Origin: a virus
Direction: 5' to 3' (one strand)
Virus record (IMG/VR): IMGVR_UViG_3300036828_000363
Location: 1 to 64,000 of that record
DNA: 64,000 nt
In this document: one piece after another, positions 18,563 to 29,297 of the stretch
Position numbering within the stretch: position 1 is the stretch's first letter
How the letters are laid out: every line of letters begins with the position of its first letter
The notes under the pieces: generated by a model
Told to the model about the DNA's origin: nothing
Databases searched by the model: none
Seen by the model: the letters and a program-made list of their open reading frames with translations, nothing else
Translations under genes and position numbers: made by a program

Positions 18563-19134
18563 TTCGGGAAGTGAGGTGGCTACCATATGACTTCAATCTC
18601 CTTCAATCTCCTACTATGAGTACTGACAACGATTTTATAGAACCGTTTTTTGACACTCAGAGGTATCGATGGCTACGTGTTAAGTTGAACATTGATTTTC
18701 TGCGTATCGATGACGAACTTGCGGAAATCGGTATGTTAATTCAAGAAGCAGGGGAACGTGCGTGTTCTGCGATTGAAGCACGTGATGCTGCAAAAGATGA
18801 GTTAGAACGGGTGAAAGCGAAAGTAGCTGATGATCTTCGTAAACCTATAATTGAGCCGGAGAGTAAACCGGAATATAGATCGGAGGCGAGAATAGCATCT
18901 GAACTTCCTTTAGATGACCGTATACTACAAGCTCAAACTATACTGGGGAAAGCGAAGTTTGACGCCTCACTTTGGGAGAAGCTTACTAGTAATCTTATTA
19001 CGAAATCTTCTTCAATCCGTGCTGCAGCGGACTTAGTTCAAGCGGGATTTTTGACACCGAGCTTCGTCTTGGATAAGAGACGTAGAGAGTTACGGCAACG
19101 TCCGGTTAATCAGTCAGGTGAGACAAGCGGGTAG
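18556..19134 (+). CDS. helical protein, possibly UvsY-like recombination mediator
   Basis: coiled-coil character; upstream of SSB and RecA. Confidence 0.4.
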   Translation: MYLREVRWLPYDFNLLQSPTMSTDNDFIEPFFDTQRYRWLRVKLNIDFLRIDDELAEIGMLIQEAGERACSAIEARDAAKDELERVKAKVADDLRKPIIEPESKPEYRSEARIASELPLDDRILQAQTILGKAKFDASLWEKLTSNLITKSSSIRAAADLVQAGFLTPSFVLDKRRRELRQRPVNQSGETSG

Positions 19135-19261
19135 GTTATGTCTTCTTTTTTACATTTGGGTGACGTTTGGCATTTCTTCGTAATAATAATTAGCTTTGTT
19201 TTTCTGTTTTGGGTGGGGCCGAGATTAGCTTCCGCCGCATTCTTTAAGAGTAAAAAGGAGT

Positions 19262-20425
19262 TTGAAGATGGTAAACGGAACTAGTCGGTTCCAGTACAGA
19301 GCACGTTCTACTACTGCTTGGGAAAAGAGAGCAGATCAGCAAGCAGGTGCGTTCATAGGTTTCGTTAAAGATCAGTACAAGCAACTTGAAGTCAGTGACG
19401 ATAACTATGGAAGAATCTTACCGCCCACATGGACAGACCCGGTTCCGGAACATTACGGGTTGGACATCTGGGTTCACTTCAGTGTCGGCCCGCTCAACGC
19501 GACTGTTTTGTGTCCTCTAAAAATGAGGATGAAGCCATGTCCTATCTGTCATGACAGACAGCTCAAAGAAGAGTCAGGCCGTGAAGATGTCAGTGAGTTG
19601 AAACCAAAGCGTCGTGTTTTGGTTTGGTGGTTAGATCGCAAGAATGAATCCCTTGGCGCGCAATATGTTGCTTTACCGTGGACTCTTGATCGTGATATCG
19701 CGGTAGTTTGCCAAGACCCCGGCACGGGCGAGCTGTACTACATCGATGACCCGTACAATGGGTACAATGTTTTCTTCAAGCGTGAAGGAAAGGGACTGAA
19801 TACCAAGTACATCGGTATCCAGCTTGACCGTAAACCGTCAGAAGTTTCTGATGCTGTTTTGAATTACATTATCGAGAATCCGCTTCCAGAAATTCTTCTG
19901 TGGAGAGATTACAACGAGTTGAAAGACTTGTACTCTGGCGCAGAAGCTGCGGCACCACCAGTAGGAACTGGCCAACCCGAGAGACCCTTACAGACTCAGT
20001 TCGCGCCTCAAGGTCAACCTGTACAGGAGCAACCCGCGGCACCTCAGCCGGCACCTGTGGTTCGCCAGCGTGTCGCGATACAACCACGTCCTGAGGCAGC
20101 TCCCGCTCCTACTCCTGCTCCAGCACCCGTGGCAGTGAGACCTATGCCCGCTCCCGCTCCACGACCTGCTCCACCACCGCCACCGCCACCGCAACAAATG
20201 GAGATGGCTGGATTCTGTCCAAAGACACTTGTCTTTGAAGGCAACCGTCTCGGATGTGGGTATGAACCTCATGATGATTCAGTCGAATGTAACTTCGTCA
20301 GAAACCTTGGCCCAGTTGCAGTGAGAGGTAATGGAGGCGCGAGTCCCGCTGCTGTGGCTGCTCAAGCTGGTTCTCCTGCTGAAACGAGAGCGAGTGGACT
20401 TAGAGCACGCTTCGGAAGCAAATAA
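19262..20425 (+). CDS. gp32-like single-stranded DNA-binding protein with Pro-rich tail
   Basis: RILPP, HF..., CP......CPIC, DPYNGY.V...REGKGLNTKY. Confidence 0.65.
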   Translation: MKMVNGTSRFQYRARSTTAWEKRADQQAGAFIGFVKDQYKQLEVSDDNYGRILPPTWTDPVPEHYGLDIWVHFSVGPLNATVLCPLKMRMKPCPICHDRQLKEESGREDVSELKPKRRVLVWWLDRKNESLGAQYVALPWTLDRDIAVVCQDPGTGELYYIDDPYNGYNVFFKREGKGLNTKYIGIQLDRKPSEVSDAVLNYIIENPLPEILLWRDYNELKDLYSGAEAAAPPVGTGQPERPLQTQFAPQGQPVQEQPAAPQPAPVVRQRVAIQPRPEAAPAPTPAPAPVAVRPMPAPAPRPAPPPPPPPQQMEMAGFCPKTLVFEGNRLGCGYEPHDDSVECNFVRNLGPVAVRGNGGASPAAVAAQAGSPAETRASGLRARFGSK

Positions 20426-20490
20426 CTGAAAATCGAAAGGTGATCTATCGCATCCCATAGGTCACCTTTTAGATTTTTTGGGGAGTACCA

Positions 20491-21690
20491 ATGCAACAGC
20501 AAGAGACCGAATTTTTTTCTTCTGGCTCAACGCTTTTGAATTGTGCGCTTGGTGGTGGTTGGGCACGTAGACGTGTATTTAACATAGTGGGCGATAAGAG
20601 TACGGGCAAGACTCTTATTGCGATTGAAAGCTTCGCTAACTTCGTTCAATCAGTTCCTAAACCACGGATGAGATACGGTGAAGCAGAAGCCGCTTTGGAT
20701 GAAATCTTTGCATCCAACTTAGGTCTACCGATGGAAGTAGAAAGGCCAGAAAAGAGACTGGACACGGTAGAAGAATTTCATCAGGACTTGAAGGTATTTC
20801 AAAATAGTTTGAAGGAAGGCGAGTCTGGGTTGTACATCCTCGACTCTCTTGATTCTTTGAGTTCCGACGCCGAGAAAGAAGACAAAGATGCCTACGGTGC
20901 TGGTAAGGCAAAAGAGATGTCTGCTTTCTTTCGTGATATCGTTCGTGAGAATGAGTTATTGGATTGTTCTCTTGGGATTATCTCTCAGATTCGTGATCGG
21001 TTGAACGTTCAATTCGGAGAGCGATATACCCGTTCTGGTGGTCACGCGCTCGACTTCTACTCTTCTCAAATTCTATGGTTAGCTGAAACTGGAAAGATTG
21101 AGAAGACAGTTTTTAACTTGAAGCGAGCGATAGGTGTCAACATTGAAGCTAAGGTTAAAAAATCGAAGGTAGGATTACCTCTTCGCAAGGTAGAATTCCC
21201 TGTCATTTTTAACTATGGTATCGATGACGAAAAAAGCATGATTAACTTTCTCAGTGACATCGGCGTTCTTTCCGCGAAGAAGAAAAAAGCGAAAGTCAAA
21301 AAAGGTGGTAAGGAAGTAAAAGAGGAAGCGGAAGAAGAAGAGGAAGATGATACTGCTGATCCTAAAGATAACAGACCAAAGGCTAGAGACATTATCGCTA
21401 GGGTAGAAAAGGGACGTGAGGATCGTAACTGGAATGACTTAGCTTTATTGAGGGTTGAACTTCGTAATTCTACAAAAAATGCGTGGAAAGAAATTGAAGA
21501 TCGCATCGCTCCGCCTATTCGTAAGTACGATGTTCAGAATCAAATTACACCGATGAAAGTACCAGCTAAACCAGTACCAGTTAGAGCCGCTACTCCTACT
21601 CCTGCCCCGGCCCCTGCCCCGGCTCCAGTCAAGAGAGTGACAATTGCAGCGAGACCACCCGTTAGCGAATTGGTGGAAACCAAAAAGTAA
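20491..21690 (+). CDS. RecA/UvsX-like recombinase
   Basis: SSGS..LN.ALGGG, GDKSTGKT, ILDSLDSL, ISQIR, SGGHALDFYSS, K.KV..P. Confidence 0.9.
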   Translation: MQQQETEFFSSGSTLLNCALGGGWARRRVFNIVGDKSTGKTLIAIESFANFVQSVPKPRMRYGEAEAALDEIFASNLGLPMEVERPEKRLDTVEEFHQDLKVFQNSLKEGESGLYILDSLDSLSSDAEKEDKDAYGAGKAKEMSAFFRDIVRENELLDCSLGIISQIRDRLNVQFGERYTRSGGHALDFYSSQILWLAETGKIEKTVFNLKRAIGVNIEAKVKKSKVGLPLRKVEFPVIFNYGIDDEKSMINFLSDIGVLSAKKKKAKVKKGGKEVKEEAEEEEEDDTADPKDNRPKARDIIARVEKGREDRNWNDLALLRVELRNSTKNAWKEIEDRIAPPIRKYDVQNQITPMKVPAKPVPVRAATPTPAPAPAPAPVKRVTIAARPPVSELVETKK

Positions 21691-21697
21691 GTAGCTT

Positions 21698-22282
21698 ATG
21701 CCTAAAAGCACAGGCCCGCCAAAAGGTGCGGGTTTTGAGTTAGAAGTCGGTCGCCTTTTAAGTCGTTGGATAACCTCTAAAGAGCGGGATGACCTATTCG
21801 CTCGCTGTGGTGGTTCTGGTGGTACTTATACTCAATACCTCAAAAAAGGTAAGTCAAAAAAAGCTCAACCGGGAGATTTAGTCGCCGTTCGTTCAGAAGG
21901 ATTTGAGATGACATCCCGGTTCATGATCGAATGTAAATTTTGGAAAAACTTGGGGTTTGCGGACTTGCTGCTTGGACTAGGCCCGTGTTTCGAAGAGATG
22001 TCAAAGGCCATGAGACTTGCCCGGTCATCCGGTAAGTTTTGGATGTATGTAATAAAGCAGAATAATTGTCCGATTGTTTTGCTTATGCCTACCGACGCTT
22101 TTTGTGTAGCTATACCGGATAGTATTCGCCACACTAAGATATTTAATGGAACTGTTTACTTGATGCGCTTCAGAGAGTTTATGGATTCTATGACGGTGGA
22201 GAATTTCTTTTCTATTACCAATAAGCAAACTACCTTTACTCAAAGAGTGCCCCTTGTAATCCAAGAGAGGAATACAAGATGA
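21698..22282 (+). CDS. PD-(D/E)XK Holliday junction resolvase-like nuclease
   Basis: KGAGFE.EV...LS, GD, IECK. Confidence 0.7.
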   Translation: MPKSTGPPKGAGFELEVGRLLSRWITSKERDDLFARCGGSGGTYTQYLKKGKSKKAQPGDLVAVRSEGFEMTSRFMIECKFWKNLGFADLLLGLGPCFEEMSKAMRLARSSGKFWMYVIKQNNCPIVLLMPTDAFCVAIPDSIRHTKIFNGTVYLMRFREFMDSMTVENFFSITNKQTTFTQRVPLVIQERNTR

Positions 22283-24651
22283 GCGCGCCACGAGTTCAAT
22301 TAGTTCGTCCCGGTTCCGATACCCCACGGGGGTTAATGGTAAAAGAGCTTATATCTCAGGAAATTTCTATTGAGATTTGGAAGGATAAGTATCGCAACGA
22401 AGAGGAACCAACTATAGCTGATTCTCAGATTCGTGTGATCAAAGGGGTGTACGAAAAAGACCTGAATTCACGGGCGAGACTTGACGCCATGGAAGCCTTG
22501 GAGAACATGGAATGGCTTCCCGGTGGACGGATAAATGCAGGTGCTGGAACCAATAAGAGAGTCACGCTTATTAACTGCTTCGTCTCGGATACTATTCATG
22601 ATTCTATGGAAGGTATCATGCAGGCACTAACTATCGCAGCTTTGACTCAACAGCAGGGTGGTGGCATAGGAATGGATTTTAGCACCCTCAGACCGTGTGG
22701 CGCGATAGTTCGACGGACTGGTTCTGTTAGTACTGGGCCGCTTCCTTTCATGGATATGTGGAATTCCATGTGTGGAACAATCAAGTCATCGGGCGCGAGA
22801 CGTGGAGCCATGATGGGCGTGATGTCTGATTGGCATCCGGATATCATGAAGTTCATTGTGGCAAAGCGTGAAGAGAAACGGTTGACCAATTTTAACGTGT
22901 CCGTGTTGGTGTCTGACGCTTTGATGGATGCGGTCAAACGTGGGCTGGACTGGGAACTTGGATTTAGTCAACCGCTTGCTGATCCTTCAAAAACAGTCGA
23001 AGTGAAAGAGCGTGATGGACGCCCGTGGTATGTTTACGAAAGGTTTCCTGCAAAGAAGTTGTGGGATTCTATCATTTCAAATACATACGACTGGGCGGAA
23101 CCCGGAGTCATCTTCATTGATCGTATTAACCAGTTGAACAATCTAAACTACTGTGAAGTCATACGTGCGACGAATCCGTGTGGAGAACAACCACTACCGC
23201 CTAACGGGGATTGCAACCTTGGACACGTAAACTTAGCGGGAATGGTGATGAAGCCATTTACCAATGATGCTGAGTGGAACCGGAAGAGAGTCGAAGAAGT
23301 TACCCGGATAGGTGTTCGCTTCCTTGATAACGTGCTCGACGTGTCAAACTTTCCCACGGAAGAACAAAGACAGGAAGCATTGAACAAGAGAAGGACTGGG
23401 CTAGGATACACTGCTATCGCTAATCTCATGCAGCAGATGAAAATCAAGTACGGTAGCCGGAAGTCTACCGACCTGACTTCTGAAATTACCCAGGCGATTG
23501 CATTAGCTGCCTATAGCACGTCTTGTGATCTTGCGAAGGAACGTGGGCCGTTTCCTTTTTACAACAAAGATAAGTTTCTTTCCGCGCCATTCATTAAGAA
23601 ATTACCTTCATGGTTGAAAGACAAGATAGCACAATACGGTGTGCGTAACGGAGTCTTGTTGACTATCGCGCCTGTTGGTACAGGTTCAGTTCTCTATGGG
23701 AATCTTAGTAGCGGTATTGAACCGACTATCTTTCATGTGTCTGATCGGAAGGTGCTAAATCCGGATGGTTCATTCAGGAAATTCGAGCGAATTGAAGAAT
23801 ACGGCTATAAGCTATTTAAGCACTACCATCCCGGAGTAGAAGAGGTTGAAGGTCAGCCCGTTAATCTTCCGTCTTACATGGTCACCGCGAATGATCTTTC
23901 GGTGGAAGAGCATTTGAAAGTTCAAGCTGCTGCTCAGAAGTGGATTGATAGCTCAATCTCAAAAACTATCAACTGCCCAAAAGATATCACCTACCAAGAT
24001 TTTGAGAAGGTATACTTGCAGGCATGGGACATGGGTTTGAAGGGGTGTACTACCTATCGGCCCTCAGATGTGAGGGGCGCAGTTATTACCGCGTCAGGTA
24101 CGGAAAAAACCAATGGTAGCAACGGTCATGGTGAGATTTTAATTCCCCCGCGCCCAGAGTCGCTTGAATCGAAGACTTACAAGGTGAAATGGCCACAAGC
24201 TCCGGATGCTTTTTACATTACTATTTCTGACATCGTGGAAGAAGGTAAGAAAAGGCCATTTGAGATTTTCATTAATTCAAAATCAGTCAAACATCAAGAG
24301 TGGATTACCGCGCTCACACGTTGTATCTCAGCTATATTTCGTCGTGGTGGTGATGTGACTTTCATCGTGGAAGAGTTGATGCAAGTCTACAGTATCAACG
24401 AAGGTTGCTGGGTGGATCAGGAGTATACTCCTTCACTTGTCGCCCGCATCGGTAAGGTGATCAAACAACACATGGCAGACAGTGGAGAAGGTTTTATTAG
24501 TATTCCTATTAGTGCAATTGCAGAGGCTACTGCGGTAACTCAGGTTTTAGACGGCTTGGGTGAATTCTGTAATCAGTGTGGGAATCCAACTGTCTACAAG
24601 CAGGAAGGTTGTCGGGTGTGTCGGAACTGTGGGTTTTCCACATGTGATTGA
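22279..24651 (+). CDS. nrdJ: class II (adenosylcobalamin-dependent) ribonucleotide reductase
   Basis: PGGRI, NCFV, GGGIG.DFS.LRP, ATNPCGEQPL, CNLG, TIAPVGT, ISKTIN, KGCTTYR; C-terminal TSCPD-like domain and Zn ribbon; no nrdB seen. Confidence 0.9.
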   Translation: MSAPRVQLVRPGSDTPRGLMVKELISQEISIEIWKDKYRNEEEPTIADSQIRVIKGVYEKDLNSRARLDAMEALENMEWLPGGRINAGAGTNKRVTLINCFVSDTIHDSMEGIMQALTIAALTQQQGGGIGMDFSTLRPCGAIVRRTGSVSTGPLPFMDMWNSMCGTIKSSGARRGAMMGVMSDWHPDIMKFIVAKREEKRLTNFNVSVLVSDALMDAVKRGLDWELGFSQPLADPSKTVEVKERDGRPWYVYERFPAKKLWDSIISNTYDWAEPGVIFIDRINQLNNLNYCEVIRATNPCGEQPLPPNGDCNLGHVNLAGMVMKPFTNDAEWNRKRVEEVTRIGVRFLDNVLDVSNFPTEEQRQEALNKRRTGLGYTAIANLMQQMKIKYGSRKSTDLTSEITQAIALAAYSTSCDLAKERGPFPFYNKDKFLSAPFIKKLPSWLKDKIAQYGVRNGVLLTIAPVGTGSVLYGNLSSGIEPTIFHVSDRKVLNPDGSFRKFERIEEYGYKLFKHYHPGVEEVEGQPVNLPSYMVTANDLSVEEHLKVQAAAQKWIDSSISKTINCPKDITYQDFEKVYLQAWDMGLKGCTTYRPSDVRGAVITASGTEKTNGSNGHGEILIPPRPESLESKTYKVKWPQAPDAFYITISDIVEEGKKRPFEIFINSKSVKHQEWITALTRCISAIFRRGGDVTFIVEELMQVYSINEGCWVDQEYTPSLVARIGKVIKQHMADSGEGFISIPISAIAEATAVTQVLDGLGEFCNQCGNPTVYKQEGCRVCRNCGFSTCD

Positions 24652-25287
24652 GTGGTATATGTTTTTGTGAAGAGAAGATCAATGATTTTATTTGCTCGAC
24701 TTTTGAATCTACTGACGGACTCTGTTTTTTACTGTCATGCCATGCCGTTAATGCCTATAACACGTGAAGACTTAGAGCTAGTCGCGTGGGAAGTTCGTGA
24801 AATTTCGAAAGAAATGGGGTTAAAAGAAGACTATGGGTTTAGGTTCGGCGAAAGGTAAAAAGCTAGTAGTTGAGTTTCCCCTTTCTGGAAATGATCTTGA
24901 CCAAGGGGATTTAGAACTTTTCAAAGATGAATGCGACGCTGATGGCGCGGTCATTACATTGTTCGTTGAGCGAGCAATTGGAGAAACTGGAGAGGAAGCT
25001 AAACTATCACGGTCATTTTCAATTGGCGGTGAATACTTCTTAGTTAGTATTCAAGAGGTGCCGGAATGAGCGACGGTACGAGTGACACTAACGGTAATGG
25101 AAACGGTGACGGTCACATTGAACCTGACAAGAAGCAACGGCACTCTATAATTCAATCTCATCCAATGGGTGAAGAACTAGAAAAGCTCATAGATGAAATT
25201 ATCAAACCAAAAAAAGTTGGTAAGTCTCGTTTTCTCGCAGCACTTTTGACCAACTATAGTGTTGCAAAAAGGTATAACAAACGATGA
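24652..25287 (+). other. three short hypothetical ORFs (24652-24858, 24833-25069, 25066-25287)
   Basis: overlapping operon-like packing. Confidence 0.4.
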
Positions 25288-26300
25288 CTGGACTTCTCAC
25301 GGGTGATTGGCATTTGACGGATAATCCAGTTGAGGAATATCGGTGGGATACCTTTGACTTAGTGGAGAAGATTGCTATTCAGTACCACGTTTCTCATATC
25401 TACCTGCTCGGTGACATATTCGATAGGAAAGATCGTCATAGCAAGGAACTGGTGAATGAAGGTACAGCTTCTTTGGGAAAGTTGCAGGTAAACACTGACG
25501 CGGATATTTTGATCACTATGGGAAACCACGATAAACCTATCAGCGGGGTTCCCTATTGGTCATTTCTGAATGGGTTGATGCCTAGGGTTAGATACATAAC
25601 TGAGCCGGAGATGATTGGAAACGTTCTCTTGTTGCCATTTTCATCGAACCCGGTTGAAGAGTGGAAAGGTCTACCGTTCTCCAACGTCAAGATGATTCTT
25701 ATGCACCAGACGGTAGAAGGTTCTTTGTCTGCTGAAGGTAGACCTATTCCGTCTTCCGATACCATGCCAGTCTTTCCTCAGGGTATCCCGATTTATTCCG
25801 GGGATGTTCACCGTCCACAAAGAGTCATGGGAGTTGAATACATCGGTGTTCCTCATCCGGTTCGCTTCAATGAAACGTGGCCCAACCGTGTTCTAGTGGT
25901 AGATGACAAAGACTTCAGCAAGTTCATATCTATTCCTTTGTTGACTACTCACAGAGCGATCTTGGACATTGATAGTTCTACTGATCTTAGCACTATTCAA
26001 ACTAATCCGGGGGATCAGGTTCGAATTCGGTATAAGTTGAATAGTGAAAAGATGACACAATGGCCAGTTGAAGAAGAAGCGTGTAGACAGTGGGCGATGG
26101 ACAGGAGTATATTTCTCGCGTCTCTTGAAGGTGTCTTCACGGAAGACATAGGCATATCCAAAGATAAATCTACCGCTGAGTCTTCCGGTATTGAGTTGAT
26201 GAGTTCCGAGGATGTTCTGCAAATGTTCTGCAAGGAAGAAAATCTAGCTCAGGAAATAATTGATGTAGGCATGGATATATTGAAGAGCGTGAGGAAGTAG
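25284..26300 (+). CDS. SbcD/Mre11-like metallophosphoesterase nuclease
   Basis: GDWH, LGDIFD, GNHD, MHQ, SGDVH. Confidence 0.85.
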   Translation: MTGLLTGDWHLTDNPVEEYRWDTFDLVEKIAIQYHVSHIYLLGDIFDRKDRHSKELVNEGTASLGKLQVNTDADILITMGNHDKPISGVPYWSFLNGLMPRVRYITEPEMIGNVLLLPFSSNPVEEWKGLPFSNVKMILMHQTVEGSLSAEGRPIPSSDTMPVFPQGIPIYSGDVHRPQRVMGVEYIGVPHPVRFNETWPNRVLVVDDKDFSKFISIPLLTTHRAILDIDSSTDLSTIQTNPGDQVRIRYKLNSEKMTQWPVEEEACRQWAMDRSIFLASLEGVFTEDIGISKDKSTAESSGIELMSSEDVLQMFCKEENLAQEIIDVGMDILKSVRK

Positions 26301-26301
26301 A

Positions 26302-26778
26302 ATGTCTTATTGTAAATTTGAAGATAAGAACAACGTGATTCACATGCCTGAGTTGTATTTAGGGCCTGCTCCGGGGTTTGATGGTGAAATGGTGGCTGCA
26401 CAACTTAATGAATTTCTACTTTGCATGAGAAGAGGTATTCGTGTCCATTTGGAATGGTACTACAAAGTAGTATCTGAGGTTAGTATAGATGCTATATGGG
26501 CAGAAGAACCTACCAATAAATTTGATGGTAGATTGCAGAAGCTCGAAGATGAGTTTCGTCTACATCCAGAAATTGATGCTATTTTGATGGGAGCGGAAGC
26601 TCTAAATCAGTTTCTTTCAAGGTTGGTGCAAAATACTCAACCGAACATAGGTTCATCTGTTAATTCTATCAGATCACGCATGTCGGATATAACTTATCGT
26701 AATCCTAATAGGCTTTATCATGTTTACCAGAGACCAATTCAATCTAAACTAGTTCAGCTTGTAAGTTGGAAGGGTTAA
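26302..26778 (+). CDS. hypothetical protein
   Basis: 158-aa ORF in operon. Confidence 0.5.
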   Translation: MSYCKFEDKNNVIHMPELYLGPAPGFDGEMVAAQLNEFLLCMRRGIRVHLEWYYKVVSEVSIDAIWAEEPTNKFDGRLQKLEDEFRLHPEIDAILMGAEALNQFLSRLVQNTQPNIGSSVNSIRSRMSDITYRNPNRLYHVYQRPIQSKLVQLVSWKG

Positions 26779-26793
26779 AGGAGTATACAAAGA

Positions 26794-27315
26794 ATGTCAT
26801 CAGCTACACAAGCGAAGTTTATAGAGTACCCTCAGGAAATTCATCCGGAGAGATTGATCGCTGTCAAATTTTTGGAAGAGAATCACTACCGGGGAAAGAC
26901 AGTTCTCGATATCGGTTGTGGATTGAAAAAGACCGTCCCAGAAATTATCGGCGTGGATATCAGACCCGTGTCTGATGTGGTTTGCAGTGGGGACATGATT
27001 CAGTTTCCGAACAATAGCGTAGACTTGATTATATCTCGCCATTCCTTTGAGCACATGCTTAATCCAGTTAAAACTTTGTGGGAGTGGATTCGTGTGTTGA
27101 AGACGAACGGCGGAATATGTTTGGTTTTGCCTGATCATGAGAAGATCAATACCATGCTTCCTATGTATACCGGGCCGAACTACGCGCATCTTCACGCCTA
27201 CACCAGAGAAACCTTCGCAGACTTAATCGCATTGTTCCCGAAGCTGAGAGTTTCGGATTACGGTACGGTCATCCCGGATTGGAGCTTCTACTTTATTCTA
27301 GTTAAGGAATTCTGA
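26794..27315 (+). CDS. class I SAM-dependent methyltransferase
   Basis: VLDIGCG, VDLIISRHSFEH, RVLKTNGG. Confidence 0.85.
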   Translation: MSSATQAKFIEYPQEIHPERLIAVKFLEENHYRGKTVLDIGCGLKKTVPEIIGVDIRPVSDVVCSGDMIQFPNNSVDLIISRHSFEHMLNPVKTLWEWIRVLKTNGGICLVLPDHEKINTMLPMYTGPNYAHLHAYTRETFADLIALFPKLRVSDYGTVIPDWSFYFILVKEF

Positions 27316-29297
27316 TGCTTGCTATAACTATTCATTCGGTTGTCATCCACAACTTTCGTTCATTCGTTGACGAAGAGTTAGTTTTCCCGTTGACTGATGG
27401 ACTGAAGTTTCTGGGCGGCGATAACCGGGTGGAACCGAGACTGGGCGCGAACGCTGCGGGTAAGACCACCTTGCTCGACGCGATTCACTGGTGTTTTTTT
27501 GGAGTAGGCATCAAGGGAACTAGAACTTCGGATTTAATTTCATGGGGTGCAAAAAAGGCAGAAGTGACCGTGAAGTTACTGCGTGGTGATGAGACTTACG
27601 ATATCACTCGTTTTGGCCCGCCTACTAAAGTCAAGCTTAATGGTGAGTTGGTCGAGCAGGTTGTCATCAACCGTCTATTAGGACTCACCATGTTACGGTT
27701 CGCTCATTCTGTTTTGTTTGGACAGGGAGAAGAGTTATTCCCAGACCTTGACGGGCCGAAGCGTGCGGAACTATTCGATCAAGTGCTTGACCTATCGGTT
27801 TGGGTGAATTGTCTGGACGCCGCGTCTTCCCAGATCACTAAGCTGGAAAACCAAGTCAATGAGTATAAGCAAGACATTTCTTTTCTCAATGGAAGTCTCG
27901 CGCAATTACCTACCGATGAGCAACTTCAAAAAGAAATAGCTAACTGGGAAGTAACCCGCCAAAATTCGATAGTACAGCTTGAAGAAAGTCTTTCTTCTTG
28001 GGATATTAAAAATGCTCAGAATATTTCTGAGTTGGAACAACGAGCGAGTGAGTGGAAAGTGACTCAAAATAAGAAGGGGGAAGGACTCGCGGCGCAGTTG
28101 GAAAAACTTGAGGTTGAACATACTTCTATAGTCACTGCTCGTCAGAGAACTTTAGACCGTAATAGCGGAGCGAAGGTCAGTAGCAACGGAAACCTTGCGA
28201 GAGACTTGTCAGACTGGGAAGTGAAGGGTTACCGGATAGAAGCTGCAATAAAACAGGTAAGGGATCAGCTTAGGTTCTGGGAAAAGAACAATACCTGTCC
28301 GACTTGTGGACAGATTATCACCGATGAACTGAAGCGAGAGAAAGAACAACAAGCGTTTTCTGTGATTACCAAACAAGAGGGATTGGAGAAGGAAGCACGT
28401 GAAAAGATTGCTCAGTTTCGAACAGCGACAGTTGCGGCTGATAAAGCAGAGAAAGAACAAATCAAAGCGAGAGCAGAGCAAGAGTCTATTGAGCGAGACC
28501 TATCCCGTCTCCAAAAACAGATGGCAGGAATTGAGGAGCAGGCTACTCTTCTACTTGCAGAGATTGAGGATGATAATAACCCCTACAATTCTCAAATAGC
28601 TTCGTTGAAGAAAACGGTTAATCCATTCTATCTGCAAATATCACAGGAGCGGGAGAAGATAAATCCTTATGTAGCGAAATTAGAGTCTGTCCGTAGGGAA
28701 CGAATTGAAGCTGAGCTAAAGCTAGAGACAATTGTGAATGAAAGTAAGAGTGTAGAGGGAAAGATACTTGCGATTGACTATTGGCATAAGCATGGTTTCA
28801 AACGGATACGTCTCTTCTTTGTGCAACGGATACTAACCGCTTTGGAGATTGAAATCGCAGGTGCCATTTCTGCATCGGGGTTGGTGGGTTGGGGAGTTAC
28901 ACTCGCGACTGAATCAGAAACCAAGTCTGGTACGGTCAAACTTGGTGTAGCAATTAAAGTCAAGTCACCGACATCAGAAGGCCCGTGGGAAGGGTGGTCG
29001 GGTGGAGAGTCTCAACGGTTGAGGATCGCACTTGCCAAAGGTGTCGCGGGTCTGATACAAAGGGCTGCGGGTGTTTTTTGGACTCAAGAATTTTTAGACG
29101 AACCTACAAGCTGGCTATCTTCGGAAGGTATCGAAGACTTACTAGAATCGCTGCGCTATCGTGCCGAGATATTGAACAAGCAAATTTGGATTGCAGACCA
29201 TCGGGCTCTTACTTTCTCCGGCTTTAGCGAAATCTTTGTAGTTCGGAAAGACGTTGATGGTAGCAAGGTTCTTCGGGTAGCAGGGATGGCGAATTGA
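27315..29297 (+). CDS. SbcC/Rad50-like SMC ATPase
   Basis: NFRSF, GANAAGKTT, CPTCGQ zinc hook, SGGESQR, LDEP, DH. Confidence 0.9.
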   Translation: MLAITIHSVVIHNFRSFVDEELVFPLTDGLKFLGGDNRVEPRLGANAAGKTTLLDAIHWCFFGVGIKGTRTSDLISWGAKKAEVTVKLLRGDETYDITRFGPPTKVKLNGELVEQVVINRLLGLTMLRFAHSVLFGQGEELFPDLDGPKRAELFDQVLDLSVWVNCLDAASSQITKLENQVNEYKQDISFLNGSLAQLPTDEQLQKEIANWEVTRQNSIVQLEESLSSWDIKNAQNISELEQRASEWKVTQNKKGEGLAAQLEKLEVEHTSIVTARQRTLDRNSGAKVSSNGNLARDLSDWEVKGYRIEAAIKQVRDQLRFWEKNNTCPTCGQIITDELKREKEQQAFSVITKQEGLEKEAREKIAQFRTATVAADKAEKEQIKARAEQESIERDLSRLQKQMAGIEEQATLLLAEIEDDNNPYNSQIASLKKTVNPFYLQISQEREKINPYVAKLESVRRERIEAELKLETIVNESKSVEGKILAIDYWHKHGFKRIRLFFVQRILTALEIEIAGAISASGLVGWGVTLATESETKSGTVKLGVAIKVKSPTSEGPWEGWSGGESQRLRIALAKGVAGLIQRAAGVFWTQEFLDEPTSWLSSEGIEDLLESLRYRAEILNKQIWIADHRALTFSGFSEIFVVRKDVDGSKVLRVAGMAN

